From Dehalococcoidia bacterium (lineage in GTDB: Bacteria; Chloroflexota; Dehalococcoidia; Bin125), in the NCBI GenBank assembly GCA_963663235.2, contig CAXXNO010000005.1, positions 96,001-160,000 on the forward strand: DNA of 64,000 bases, in the 5' to 3' direction. The translations under genes and the position numbers were made by a program. Shown here piece by piece: positions 1 to 10,243 of this stretch (position 1 is its first letter; each line of letters starts with the position of its first letter). The notes under the pieces are model-generated. The model did not search any database. It was not told the DNA's origin and was given only the letters and a program-made list of their open reading frames with translations.

Positions 1-752
1 GGTTGGGACAAGCCGAGCCGTTCTCCACGCGACGTGTTCGCATAGCGGGCCTGCAGCAGGCTGCGGCACATATTCGCGTTGAAGTCCATATTGATGCGGA
101 CGTGACGGAGCGTCCGCAGGTAGTCCTTGAGGGTTTTCGGATCGAGAGGCTGCCCATCCACCGTGACGAATGCCGGGCTCGATGCCTCCGCGGCGACGCC
201 GATCGTCGTCAAGCCGTCGAGATAACGCTGTAGCAGATGCGCGGCTTGGGCGTCGGCCATGGGCAAGGCACGGAGATCCCGGACACGCAGGCCAAGCAGC
301 GCTTGCGGCGTTTGCCCGTGTTGAAGCAGATAGCGCAAGAGCACCTCTTGCCGTCGTTGAAAGGCCTTTCGGCCAAAGATCGAGCGAAGCTCGTCCAAGT
401 CGCTGTCGGCCTCATTCGGAAAGGTCTCCCGCAGCGACCCGCTCTGAGCGACGCCCCGGTTGATCTGTTCCGCTGAGTAGTGATCGCTCAACTCCACCTG
501 CACCCTCTGCACCCACGGGAGCTCCTCCAGCGCCTCGCGCATGTCGTTCGCCATCAGGAAGGCGAAGTTCGCGGCGCACCAGTAGGTCGGCAAGCGGAAG
601 CGGACATGGACACCGTCGTCCTCGTCCACATGGACGGTTTCCACGAAGCCCATCTCTGTCACGGCCTCGTCCAACTCCGGGTCGGCGACGGTGGCGAGCT
701 GGTCCCACACTTCCTGGGATTTCGCGTTCTCGCCCCCATCGAGCGCCGTCAT
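1..752 (-). CDS. DUF59/PaaD-like metal-sulfur cluster assembly protein (propane monooxygenase accessory type), runs off the window edge
   Basis: Not in ORF track (no stop inside window). Manual translation from ATG 752: MTALDGGENAKSQEVWDQLATVADPELDEAVTEMGFV...VRFRLPTYWCAANFAFLMAND, with DPEL and RLPTYWC motifs; open to base 1. Confidence 0.8.
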   Translation of the reverse strand, partial: MTALDGGENAKSQEVWDQLATVADPELDEAVTEMGFVETVHVDEDDGVHVRFRLPTYWCAANFAFLMANDMREALEELPWVQRVQVELSDHYSAEQINRGVAQSGSLRETFPNEADSDLDELRSIFGRKAFQRRQEVLLRYLLQHGQTPQALLGLRVRDLRALPMADAQAAHLLQRYLDGLTTIGVAAEASSPAFVTVDGQPLDPKTLKDYLRTLRHVRINMDFNANMCRSLLQARYANTSRGERLGLSQ

Positions 753-759
753 GGTGGTG

Positions 760-1761
760 CTAGTTCCTCCGCAGTTTCGCTTTTTGGGCCTCGATGTCGA
801 TCCCGTAGAGCCGTGCGGCGTTTTCGCCAAGGATCTTCTTCTTGACCTCCAGCGTGAGGCTTGTCCCAGTCTCCTCTTGGATGTCCTCCGGCAATTCAAA
901 TGCCATGAATTTCTCGACGAGCCATTTTGGTTGCCAGATCGCATAGTCGCTCGCGAACAGTAACCGGTCTTCCCCCAGCCAGAAGAGGAGCTCCGAGATG
1001 ATTTCGGCGAAGTACCTGGGCCGAGGGTGGATGAAAGCCATCGCCACCGCGAGCCCCCCGTACACGTTCGGCTCCTGGACCGCAATCCAACAGAAATCAT
1101 CCAGGCGCGGCAGGCCGACATGTTCCACGATGAAGTTGAGTTCGGGAAAGCTCGTCGCGGCGTCATCGATATCGGCGACATCGAAGGCATCGCGATTCAG
1201 CGGCAGAATGGTGGGCCCTTTGTGCACGTGGATGTTCTTAATATCGAGCTCTTGGCATTTCTCCAAGTAGCGTTGGGCCCACGGCTCCCACAGCTTGTAT
1301 CCCTTCGAATCCCCTCGCCATTCAGCCGTATATAGCTTCACGCCCTTGATCGCGTGTTGCTCCACCAGCCGTTCCAACTCTTCCAGCCCGGCTTCCCCAT
1401 CGCGGGGATCAAAGGCGCCGTTGAGAATGATCCGATCGGGCTCCCGCGCCTTGATCGCGGCGTTTCGTTCCGTCGTGTTGAAGCCGTTCCTGTAGAAGTC
1501 CGTCAGATAGGTCGGCTGGCAAATCGCCATGTCGGCATAGCCATGACCGAACAGATCGTCGACCATCGTGTCGAGCGAATACTTCTGAAACTTGTCGGCC
1601 GGCCACACGTACTCCTGCGGGCTCAACGCGCTGTGATAGTCGTGGAAGCAGTTGATGAACTGCGCCCCGTGAACGTTCCGTTGGTTCTCGGGGCTCGCAT
1701 CCCAAAAGTGGACGTGGCCGTCGATGATGAAGACTTCCTCGCCGGCTTCGGTTTTGAACAT
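760..1761 (-). CDS. Amidohydrolase 2 family protein (type found in prm/SDIMO clusters)
   Basis: IDGHVH, KGVKLYTAEW, HVHKGP, EHVGLP and LFASDY motifs. Confidence 0.9.
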   Translation of the reverse strand: MFKTEAGEEVFIIDGHVHFWDASPENQRNVHGAQFINCFHDYHSALSPQEYVWPADKFQKYSLDTMVDDLFGHGYADMAICQPTYLTDFYRNGFNTTERNAAIKAREPDRIILNGAFDPRDGEAGLEELERLVEQHAIKGVKLYTAEWRGDSKGYKLWEPWAQRYLEKCQELDIKNIHVHKGPTILPLNRDAFDVADIDDAATSFPELNFIVEHVGLPRLDDFCWIAVQEPNVYGGLAVAMAFIHPRPRYFAEIISELLFWLGEDRLLFASDYAIWQPKWLVEKFMAFELPEDIQEETGTSLTLEVKKKILGENAARLYGIDIEAQKAKLRRN

Positions 1762-1876
1762 TCCTTTCCCTTCTCAATGTTCCGTTGGCCGGTTCAAACA
1801 CAAACGCCGGTCGGCTCAAGCCGCTCCCCATCGCGATTCCACACGCATCCCCAACCACTTCAGGACGCGCCGCCCA

Positions 1877-2921
1877 TCAGGGCACCAGCACCGCCCGTCC
1901 CTGGACCCGGCCTGCGTGGAGGTCGTGCAGCGCAACGTTCGCATCGCTCAGCCGGTACTCCTTGTTGGTCAGATGCACCAACCCGCCCTCGGCCAGCGCC
2001 ATCAACTCCACCAGTTCCGCGTAAGTACCGACCAAATTGCCCACGATCGTCTTCTCCGTGACGATCATGTCGATCGCTGGAATCTGGATCCCCCCCCCCG
2101 TACCCCACGATGTAGTAGGTGCCGGCGTTGCGGGTCATCGCCAGGCCCGCCTCGATCGACCCCCGTTCCCCGACGAAATCGACCACCGCCTCCGCTCCGT
2201 GCCCGTTGGTGAGGCGCCGGACCACCGCAGTTTCGTTCCCGTCGGCCGGCACAGTCTGGTCGGCGCCACATTCCTCGGCAAGGTCAAGGGCCAGCCGCGA
2301 GCGATCGACGACGATGATGGTGGCTGCACAGAGCCGGCGCAGAACCTGGATGCCAATATGGCCCAGACCGCCGGCGCCGATCATCACCGCATACTCTCCC
2401 GGGAGGAGATGCCGCGCCGCCTTCTTCGCCACTCGATAGGCGGTCAGTCCGGCATCGGAATAGGGCGCGACAGCCTTTGGGGCCAGGGACTGGGGCAGTT
2501 TGACCAGCGAGCGTTCGCTGGTCTTCAGAAACTCCGCGTAGCCGCCGTCTGCGTTGATGCCCGGAAAGACACTTTCCCCCACGTGCATATCGTTACCCCG
2601 GCGGAAGGCCAGGTCGTGGCCGCGAGTGACCAGGGGATGGCAGATCACCGGATCGCCAACCGCAACGCTCGTCACCTCGCTGCCGATCGCTTCCACCCAA
2701 CCGGCATTCTCGTGGCCAAGCACGTAGGGCAGGTTCACCTCGACCTTATCGCGCCAAATCTCCTCGACGATGTGCAGATCGGTCCGGCACACCCCCGCAC
2801 CGCCGATGCGAACGATCACATCGAACGGCCCCTCGATGATCGGTTCGGGAACATCCTCATACACCACCCAGTCGGGTCGACTGAGCGTTTGGTCATATTC
2901 GTGCAGGACGGCTGCCTTCAC
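1877..2921 (-). CDS. Zn-dependent NAD(P) alcohol dehydrogenase, frameshifted at a 10-base homopolymer (2090-2099)
   Basis: GVCRTD, GHE and GAGGLG motifs; true C-terminus (..IQIPAIDMIVTEKTIVGNLVG..GRVQGRAVLVP) is in ORF 1877..2068; removing one base of the run restores the frame. Confidence 0.85.
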
Positions 2922-3008
2922 CGCGATCCCCCTCCCGCATCAGCGGCCGCGGTGCTCGGGCGGCGAGGGCACGGGACAGCGATGGTCCGCAGGCGCGAGG
3001 GGTTCCGC

Positions 3009-3025
3009 TGCATGGGTCACGCCAA
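3009..3025 (-). promoter_or_regulatory. Candidate sigma54 (-24/-12) promoter for the adh-amidohydrolase-DUF59 operon
   Basis: Minus strand TTGGCGTGACCCATGCA has GG-N10-GC spacing, ~90 bp upstream of the adh start. Confidence 0.5.
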
Positions 3026-3291
3026 TCTCCGCACGCCCCGCGTCAAGGGGAGCGACCTGAGTACCCTACTGCATACTTCTGGAACATGCGGACAAGGGCG
3101 ATCGCGGCCGAGATCGCCTCATCCGTGAACGGCGTGTCGAAGCACTTGCCCCGTTCGATGGCGTCCGCGGCGGCCGCTTGCAGCCGCGCGGCGGTCCGGC
3201 TACCCTGCGCTGCATTGGGACGTCTGTCCGGAGAGCGCACCCGAGCGGCGCAAGCCCGAGCGGTTCCATCGACGTTCCCACGCGAGGCCCA

Positions 3292-5103
3292 GTGGCGACT
3301 GTTGACCCTGTCCAGCTTCTCGTCATGGCCAATCGGGTAGACGGCATCGCCCGCGAGATGACCAACACGCTCATCCGCACCGCCCGCTCGAGTACCCTCG
3401 CTGTGCGCGACTTTTCCACGTCCGTCTCCACCGCCCAGCACGAGCTCTTCTCCGCCCCCGAAGGCATCCCCGTTCACGTGTTCGGCTCCGGCCTCCTCTG
3501 CGAGGCCATGGCCGAGCTCCACCCCGACTTCAAGGAGGGCGATGCCTTCCTCCACAATGACCCCTATCTCGGCAATTCCCACCCCGCCGACCACACCCTG
3601 CTCGTCCCCGTCTTCTTCGAGGGCGAGCACATCTTCACGACTTGCGTCAAAGCCCATCAGGCCGACTGCGGCAACGCCATCCCCACCACCTACACGCCGA
3701 AAGCGATCGATGTCTACGGCGAAGGCTCGTTGATCTTCCCTTGCGTCCAGATCCAGGAGAACTACCAGGACGTCGGCGACATCATCCGCATGTGCGAGAA
3801 GCGCATCCGCGCCCCGGAGATCTGGTACGGCGACTACCTCTCAATGCTCGCCGCCGCCCGCGTGGGGGAGGATCGGCTCAAGGAGCTCGCCGCCAAATAC
3901 GGCCTCGAGACGGTGAAAGTCTTTGTCCGCGAGTGGCTCGACTACACGGAGCGCATCGCCGCGACGGAGATCAAGAAGCTCCCCGCGGGCCACGTCCACA
4001 ACTCCACCGCCCTCGATCCCTTCCCGCCCAATTTGCCCGACGGCATCCCGCTCCAATGCGATATTGAGATCGACTCTGATAACGGCTACGTCACCGTGGA
4101 CTTCCGGGACAACCCGGACTGTGTCCCTGCGGGCGTCAACCTCAGCGAGTCGACGTCCATGAACTCGGCCGTCAGCGGCGTCCTCACGGTCCTCAACTCA
4201 AAGCGCGACGCCAAGGACACCATCGTCCACAACAACGCCGGCGCCTTCCGCCGCATCAATGTCTTGCTGCGCGACAACTGCGTCATCGGTATCCCCCGCC
4301 ACCCCGTCTCCTGCTCCATGGCCACCAACACGGTCGCCGATCGGGCGCTGGCCATGGTCTACTCCGCCTTCAGCCAGGTCGCCGATGGCATCGGCTTGGC
4401 CGAGCCCTGCTTCGGCTCCGGTCCCTACCAGGGTGTCGTCTCCGGCTGGAATAAGCGCCGAGACGGGCCCTTCGTCTTTCAAATCTTCGCCGGTACCGCC
4501 GGTGGACCCGGCAGCGCCGAATCCGACGGCTGGCTCACCGTTCTGATCGCCGTCGCCGGCGGCGTTGCCTACTTCGATGAGTGTGAGGTCCTTGAGCAGA
4601 AATACCCGATCGTCGTTTGGGAAACCAAAGTCCGCGCCGAATCCGAAGGCGCGGGACGCCAGCGCGGCGCGCCCGGCAACGTTTGCATCTACGGCCCCCT
4701 CGCGAATGAGAACGCCATCGAGGTGCACTACTCCCAGGACGGCATGATCACCCCGCCCCAAGGTGTCCGCGGCGGCGGTCCGGCCAAGGGCTCGCAGGCG
4801 TGGCTCCAGGAACCCGACGGCTCCCAGGACATCCTTCCCAACATGATCGGCGAACAGATCGTCGGCCCGGGACAACGCATCGTCTCCCTCTCGGCCGGCG
4901 GCGGTGGCTACGGCGACCCCCACACCCGCGACGTCGCCGCCGTTCTTGAAGACGTTGTCGAAGGCTACGTCTCCATCGATCGCGCCCGCGACGCCTACGG
5001 CGTCGTCATCACCGGAGACCCTGCTCGCGTCGAAACCCTCGCCGTCGACCAACGAGCCACAGTCGCAAGCCGAGTCGGCGCGCCCTCCGCGGGCGGCCGC
5101 TAA
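3292..5103 (+). CDS. Hydantoinase B / 5-oxoprolinase family subunit
   Basis: DPVQLLV..REM..TLIRTARS N-terminus; HNDPYLGNSHPAD, AHQADCG and GGGGYGDP motifs; likely GTG start 3292. Confidence 0.9.
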   Translation: MATVDPVQLLVMANRVDGIAREMTNTLIRTARSSTLAVRDFSTSVSTAQHELFSAPEGIPVHVFGSGLLCEAMAELHPDFKEGDAFLHNDPYLGNSHPADHTLLVPVFFEGEHIFTTCVKAHQADCGNAIPTTYTPKAIDVYGEGSLIFPCVQIQENYQDVGDIIRMCEKRIRAPEIWYGDYLSMLAAARVGEDRLKELAAKYGLETVKVFVREWLDYTERIAATEIKKLPAGHVHNSTALDPFPPNLPDGIPLQCDIEIDSDNGYVTVDFRDNPDCVPAGVNLSESTSMNSAVSGVLTVLNSKRDAKDTIVHNNAGAFRRINVLLRDNCVIGIPRHPVSCSMATNTVADRALAMVYSAFSQVADGIGLAEPCFGSGPYQGVVSGWNKRRDGPFVFQIFAGTAGGPGSAESDGWLTVLIAVAGGVAYFDECEVLEQKYPIVVWETKVRAESEGAGRQRGAPGNVCIYGPLANENAIEVHYSQDGMITPPQGVRGGGPAKGSQAWLQEPDGSQDILPNMIGEQIVGPGQRIVSLSAGGGGYGDPHTRDVAAVLEDVVEGYVSIDRARDAYGVVITGDPARVETLAVDQRATVASRVGAPSAGGR

Positions 5104-5199
5104 GCCCTCTCTTGCCACCTACCGCGCGGGGCAGACCGTCGTCTCGATAGGTGCTGGTGGTTGACGGCCTCGGCGGCTCCGCGGTCGCTCGCGGGCTCG

Positions 5200-6705
5200 C
5201 TACAGGCTCGCCAGGATCTCCGCGGCCGCCCGCGCACCGCTGCGAACGGCCGCGTGGGTGGTCCCGGCGGCCGCTTGGTCGGTGGCTTCGCCGGCGAAGA
5301 AGAGCCGGTCGGATACGGGGGCTGCCAGCAGGGGCCGCGCCCCGTACTGGCCCACCCTCACGAACGAATAGCCGCCGCGCACCCATTCGTTCGCCGTCCA
5401 ATCCTGGTATGCGAAGTCGACGAGATGAGAGGCGTCCGCGTCGGATCCGAAGACGCGGACCAGTTCGCCGGTGGCGATCTCGCGGATCTGGCTCTCAGTC
5501 AAGCCCGCCACCCGGGCGTCGAAGGTGTTTCCGGCGAACCCGATGATCACTGCGTCGAGATCATCGCCGTCCCGCGTTGTGCCGGGCAGCCACCACTCGG
5601 GCGGGTCGCCGTCGGTAAGGATGGTGCTCGTCTCGGCGGGCCAAGGGGCGCGATCGTAGCGCATGAGGACTTTCGCAATAGGGCCCATCCCAAGGCCATC
5701 GATAGCCTCCTGCTTCTCTGTTGGGAGGAGTGGATCAAACTCGATCATTGCCGCCTTGAGCACCCCGATCGAGACTGTGATCAGGGCCCGTCGCGCGCGG
5801 ATGGCGCCCCGCGTGGTGTGGACCAACACCTCCACCCCGGACCAAGCGACGCTCGTCACCGCCGTCGAGAGGTGGATCGGCGAGAAGTCGGTCAGGTACT
5901 CAGGCAGCGTCGAATACCCCTCGCGGATGCTGTGATCCCCGCCCGGCGCGACAATCCCCTCGTTCACGGCGAAGGCGCTCATCGCGTCGACATCGCCCGA
6001 CTCGTCCAACGACGCGTCCTGCCGCAGCAGCTCGGTTGCGAGCGGACTCAGGCCCAGTGAGGCGATGACCTCCCCGACCGACATCGAGTCGTCCTCGATC
6101 TCGGCGATCTCGCAGAAGCTCAGGTCGTTCTCGAAGATCAGAGCCAGGTCGTCGTCCCCCTCCAGGTCGTCGCGGAACTGGCGAGCGCCGTTGAGGAACA
6201 CGATCAGGTCTTCGTCCACGTCGTATTCGGCGTCCGGGATCGTCGCCACGCCGGCCGCCTCGGCGAGTTGCCACGAGGCATGGCCGGTGCCGTGCAGGAA
6301 TTCCGCCCCGCGCTCGACGGGGAAATTCGCAAAGCTCCGGTCGGTGAAGACACGCCCTCCCACGCGGTTCTCCGCCTCAACGACCGCGACGTCCACTCCG
6401 GCGGCCGCCAGATCGCGCCCGGCGCTCAGGCCGGCGAGCCCGGCGCCGACGATGACTACGTCGACGGTGTCGGGCAGCGGCCCTGTCTGCAGTCCGCCCG
6501 CGCGGGTCGGCGCGCGGATCGCGTCACCATCGGCCGGCTCGCGCGGCCCATCGCTGCTGCAGCCCGCCCACGCCGTCGCTCCGAGCGCGGCCAAGCCCGC
6601 GCCCGCGCGGAGCAGCTTGCGGCGTGAGATCTCGCGAGAAAGTCGATACCGCGCCTTGTCACCGCTCACGCGCGGCAGATTAGCCCGGAGGCCTCGGCGG
6701 GGCAA
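5200..6705 (-). CDS. Flavin monoamine oxidase family protein, Tat-exported lipoprotein
   Basis: SRRKLL twin-arginine and AWAGC lipobox; GAGLAG, RVGGRV, GAEFLHG and FFAGEAT motifs; start uncertain. Confidence 0.85.
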   Translation of the reverse strand: MPRRGLRANLPRVSGDKARYRLSREISRRKLLRAGAGLAALGATAWAGCSSDGPREPADGDAIRAPTRAGGLQTGPLPDTVDVVIVGAGLAGLSAGRDLAAAGVDVAVVEAENRVGGRVFTDRSFANFPVERGAEFLHGTGHASWQLAEAAGVATIPDAEYDVDEDLIVFLNGARQFRDDLEGDDDLALIFENDLSFCEIAEIEDDSMSVGEVIASLGLSPLATELLRQDASLDESGDVDAMSAFAVNEGIVAPGGDHSIREGYSTLPEYLTDFSPIHLSTAVTSVAWSGVEVLVHTTRGAIRARRALITVSIGVLKAAMIEFDPLLPTEKQEAIDGLGMGPIAKVLMRYDRAPWPAETSTILTDGDPPEWWLPGTTRDGDDLDAVIIGFAGNTFDARVAGLTESQIREIATGELVRVFGSDADASHLVDFAYQDWTANEWVRGGYSFVRVGQYGARPLLAAPVSDRLFFAGEATDQAAAGTTHAAVRSGARAAAEILASL

Positions 6706-6953
6706 TCACGACGACGTTGGAACATGGAAAAGGCGGCCCACGCCGCCGGCTACGACGCGGCTGTGCCTGCCATAGCCCGCGGCTGAGCACGATTTGTCAA
6801 TCCGCGGGTCGCCTGATCAAGCGCCACGAGACGGGAGACCCGGACCCGCGCGCGGGCCGTTGCCGCCACGGCCGTGTCGCCCGTGCGGCGATTGCTCTAA
6901 ACTCGCGCACGGCTGCGAAGGCACGTCTGTTGCCCGTTCGTGAGGAGGAGCCG

Positions 6954-7256
6954 ATGCCTGCCTACGTCGTCGTAGAGGGCCGCATCCACGACCGAGAGCG
7001 CTTCGGAAAGTATGTGCAAGGCGCGAATCCCACGGTCACCGCGCACGGAGGAAAGCTGCTGTCGATTGGTGATCCGGCCGAGGTGATCGAGGGCAAGGTG
7101 GACCTGCCGCGGCTCGTGATTATCGAGTTCCCGTCGCTGGATGCGGCCAAGGCGTGGTACGAGTCCGCCGAGTATCGGGCGGTGGTGGAGGACCGCCTCG
7201 CCTCCTCGGTGAGTCGCTTCTTGCTGGCCGACGGGGTGGCGCCGGCTGCGCCGTAG
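6954..7256 (+). CDS. DUF1330 family protein
   Basis: MPAYVVV..D.ERF..Y..HGGK..IIEFPSLDAAKAWYES.EY; GAGGAG RBS. Confidence 0.85.
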   Translation: MPAYVVVEGRIHDRERFGKYVQGANPTVTAHGGKLLSIGDPAEVIEGKVDLPRLVIIEFPSLDAAKAWYESAEYRAVVEDRLASSVSRFLLADGVAPAAP

Positions 7257-7279
7257 GCGGATCCGCAGTCACGTCCGGA

Positions 7280-8005
7280 CTAGGAGCGCCCGTAAACGGG
7301 GATCGCTGCGCCATGGATGGCTTGCGCGGCCTCGGACGCGAGAAACAGCATGACCTCCGCGATCTGCTCGGGCGGCACCCAGCGTTCCGGATGGGCGCGG
7401 GGAAAGGCACGGCGGTTCTCCGGCGTATCGATCACGCCGGGCAGCACGCAGTTGGCAGTCACACCCGCGTCGCAGACCTCCTCCGCGATCGCCTCCACCA
7501 GCCGGATCACCGCGCTCTTCGACGCGCTGTAGGCGGCGGCGCGTCCGTCCGCCATCAGCGCCGAGCGCGCCGCGACGCACACGATCTTGCCGGATCCCCG
7601 CTCCAGCATCGACGGCAACACCGCGCGGCAGGCAACGAAGGTCGAGCGGGCATTCAGGCTGTGCATCGCCTCCCAGTCTTCAATGGGTGTCTCTGCGACC
7701 GCGTGGTCTGCGTGGTAGCCGCCCACCGTGTGCATCAACACGTCGATCCGCCCGAAACGCTCGTGCACGGCAGTGACCGCCGCGCCGAACGAGTCCGCAT
7801 CCGTGACATCCACACCCTCCGCGATGTAGTGCTCGCCTCCGCTGACCTCGGGGAACTGGTCCCGCACGACATCGCCGCGTCGAGCCACCGCGGCGATGTG
7901 GGCGCCGGCGTCCAGCAGGGCGCGAGTCACCGCGCCACCGAGTCGGCCGGTCACGCCGGTGATCAGAACGACTTCGTCGGAGAAGTCGATTGTGATGCTG
8001 GACAT
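7280..8005 (-). CDS. Short-chain dehydrogenase/reductase
   Basis: TGVTGRLG, YSASK and NCVLPGVIDT motifs. Confidence 0.9.
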   Translation of the reverse strand: MSSITIDFSDEVVLITGVTGRLGGAVTRALLDAGAHIAAVARRGDVVRDQFPEVSGGEHYIAEGVDVTDADSFGAAVTAVHERFGRIDVLMHTVGGYHADHAVAETPIEDWEAMHSLNARSTFVACRAVLPSMLERGSGKIVCVAARSALMADGRAAAYSASKSAVIRLVEAIAEEVCDAGVTANCVLPGVIDTPENRRAFPRAHPERWVPPEQIAEVMLFLASEAAQAIHGAAIPVYGRS

Positions 8006-8027
8006 GGAGATCTCCTTCCTTAGCGGC

Positions 8028-8963
8028 TCAGCCTTGTACTCGAACGTCGGTGCCGAGCGGATAACACAACTGCGGGCCCTCTGGGAACTCCGACCGGTCG
8101 AGCAACCCGGTGTACGGGAGCGCGCTCTCCTCCTCTGCCGTTTCCCAAGCCCGCACGAAACCGTCGCCGGTTCGAATCGCGTTGAAGCGGTCCAGCAATG
8201 GACGCTGTCCGGCCGACGCGAGTTAATCCACCCAGCACGTGTGGTTTCGGTAGAACGCGTATTTCTCGAAGAGGTAGGTCAGTTGTAGGTGGTTGTTCGC
8301 TTCCAACGGACGCAACGGATTCACCGCGATGAGGTCTCCTCGCTGCACGCGGCTTCCGATCTCCAGCCCCTCGATCAGGTCGACGTGCTCATACAGGAAG
8401 CCCCACCCTTCGCCGTCGGGATAGCGGCCGTCGATGAGCAGCGTCACGATGGATCCTGGTCGCTGGTCGACGCTGGCGCTGACCGAAAGAATGATCCCGT
8501 CCGCCACCGCGTAGAGGTCCGCCCCCTCGTCCAGCGGGATGTCGATCCCGGAGTGACCGAACTCGGCTCGGTCCAGGGACCAGCGCACGACGCCGAACGG
8601 GCTGAAGAATCCGCCGTCCGCGTCGACCTCGGTGACGTCGAACGGCAGCGCGAGTTCGGTTGGCGGCGCCTCGCTTGCATTGAGACGATGCTCGTCCCCC
8701 GCCTCACTCTCTGACGGGGTGGCTGCCGCCGCCGCCGCGCCGTCCCTGATGCTCTCGTCCGCTCTGGAATTCGCCTCGTCCACGGCGCCTCCGGCGTCCC
8801 CTGCCGCCATCGCTTTCTCGTCGGTCGCCGGATGCTCCGCTTCGATGTCCGCCGCCGCAAGCGGCGAACGCTCCTCGGATGCGTCGCCGCCACACGCCAA
8901 GATGCCCGCGGCGATGATCGCAGTGAGGGCGGTCGCTGCGCTCCAGCGGAAGAGGCGCGCCAT
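8028..8963 (-). pseudogene. M23 peptidase-like lipoprotein with in-frame premature stop at 8223-8225
   Basis: ILAC lipobox; HSGID, YEHV and HLQL M23 motifs; the frame continues past TAA as LASAGQRPLLDRFNAIR...PEGPQLCYPLGTDVRVQG to TGA 8028. Confidence 0.6.
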
Positions 8964-9056
8964 AATCCCGGATCAGTCTCGTCCTACGATGACGTACGGC
9001 GCTGGTTGATCGCCCGTGCTCGCGCGGAGCGGCCGGTTCGCCGGCCCCGGGAGCGT

Positions 9057-9461
9057 CTAGTCGGCCCGCTTGGCCATCAGCGGCTTCTGCGTCTTCGCAT
9101 AGGTCTGCTTCACGATAATCTTGCCCGCTTTGAAGTGGAGGATGTCCAAGCCGCGCCAGCCGCCGGCCCGCCCCGGGCTCTCCAGCGTGCACTCCCAACT
9201 GATCAGCGCCTTGCCTGCCTCGGCATCGACGAATAGATCCTCGGCCTGAAACCGGATCTGCCCGAAGTCGCCCCGGAACTGCGGCTCGAACGCCCGGCGG
9301 ATTGCCGCTTTCCCGACCGAGCGGGTGCCGTCGTATTCGTCGTAGACGGCATCCTCCGCCATGAAGGACAGTACCCCGTCGAGGTCATCCCGATTGAACG
9401 CGTCCGTGAAACGCGCTACAAGATCCGCAAGCGCGGCTCGATCGTTGCTCTGTTGAGCCAT
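9057..9461 (-). CDS. NTF2-like / SnoaL-like protein
   Basis: FTDAFNRDDLDGVLSFMAEDAVY..GKAAIRRAF..GLDILHFKAGKI pattern. Confidence 0.85.
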   Translation of the reverse strand: MAQQSNDRAALADLVARFTDAFNRDDLDGVLSFMAEDAVYDEYDGTRSVGKAAIRRAFEPQFRGDFGQIRFQAEDLFVDAEAGKALISWECTLESPGRAGGWRGLDILHFKAGKIIVKQTYAKTQKPLMAKRAD

Positions 9462-9538
9462 GCGGGTGTCTCCTGTTCGTGGGACCACCCAGATCGTAGC
9501 TAGCGCCGACCGGCCCCAACCTGGACGTGGAGGCTCCC

Positions 9539-9997
9539 ATGAAATGCCCGCGCGATCAAACCGACCTCCTCGTCGAGCACATGCACGGCATCGAGGTGGA
9601 CCACTGCCCTACGTGCAACGGGCGCTGGCTCGATCATCACGAGCTCGATCAGCTGGAGGCGACGCGCGCCTCGGAGGACGTCCGCCGCGCCACCATCGAC
9701 TACGCTCGCCGGGCCTCCGACCTCAAGTGCCCCGTCTGCGCCGAGCAAATGGTCGCCTTCAACTATCGCGCCTACGACTTGGAGCTCGACACCTGCGAGC
9801 AGGAGCACGGCTTCTGGCTGGACGCGGGCGAGGAGGGGCGCGTGCGCGATATCATCGATGACCGGGTGCGCGGGCTGAAGCGGGCGGCATCGGCGGAGGC
9901 CGCCTGGGACGGGTTCCTTGAGGGCCTCCGTGGTGGCGGCAGCGGGGGAGGCGTGTGGGGCTCGGTGCGATCGTTCTTCGGTGGGCGGAAGCGCTGA
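9539..9997 (+). CDS. Tandem zf-TFIIB zinc-ribbon protein
   Basis: CPRD..IEVDHCPTCNGRWLDHHEL and CPVC..ELDTC..HGFWLDAGE; GGAGG RBS. Confidence 0.8.
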   Translation: MKCPRDQTDLLVEHMHGIEVDHCPTCNGRWLDHHELDQLEATRASEDVRRATIDYARRASDLKCPVCAEQMVAFNYRAYDLELDTCEQEHGFWLDAGEEGRVRDIIDDRVRGLKRAASAEAAWDGFLEGLRGGGSGGGVWGSVRSFFGGRKR

Positions 9998-10243
9998 GAC
10001 CACTCCTTGCCCGACTTGGTAACCGGTCACATTAGCGGCGCCGCCAAGGTAGCGCTGTTTGACTTCACTTCGACAATCGATCGCCGATTCGGCACTGCTA
10101 GGGCTTCGCCGCCGCCGTGATTCCCGCTCTTGCGCGGCACGCCGGCGGGAGTCGCTAGACTCGGACGGATGTCGCTGCGCCTCAAGACGGCGGCGCTTGT
10201 TGCTGTGCTCCGCCGGACGCCTGGAGGAGGAGAGGGATACACG

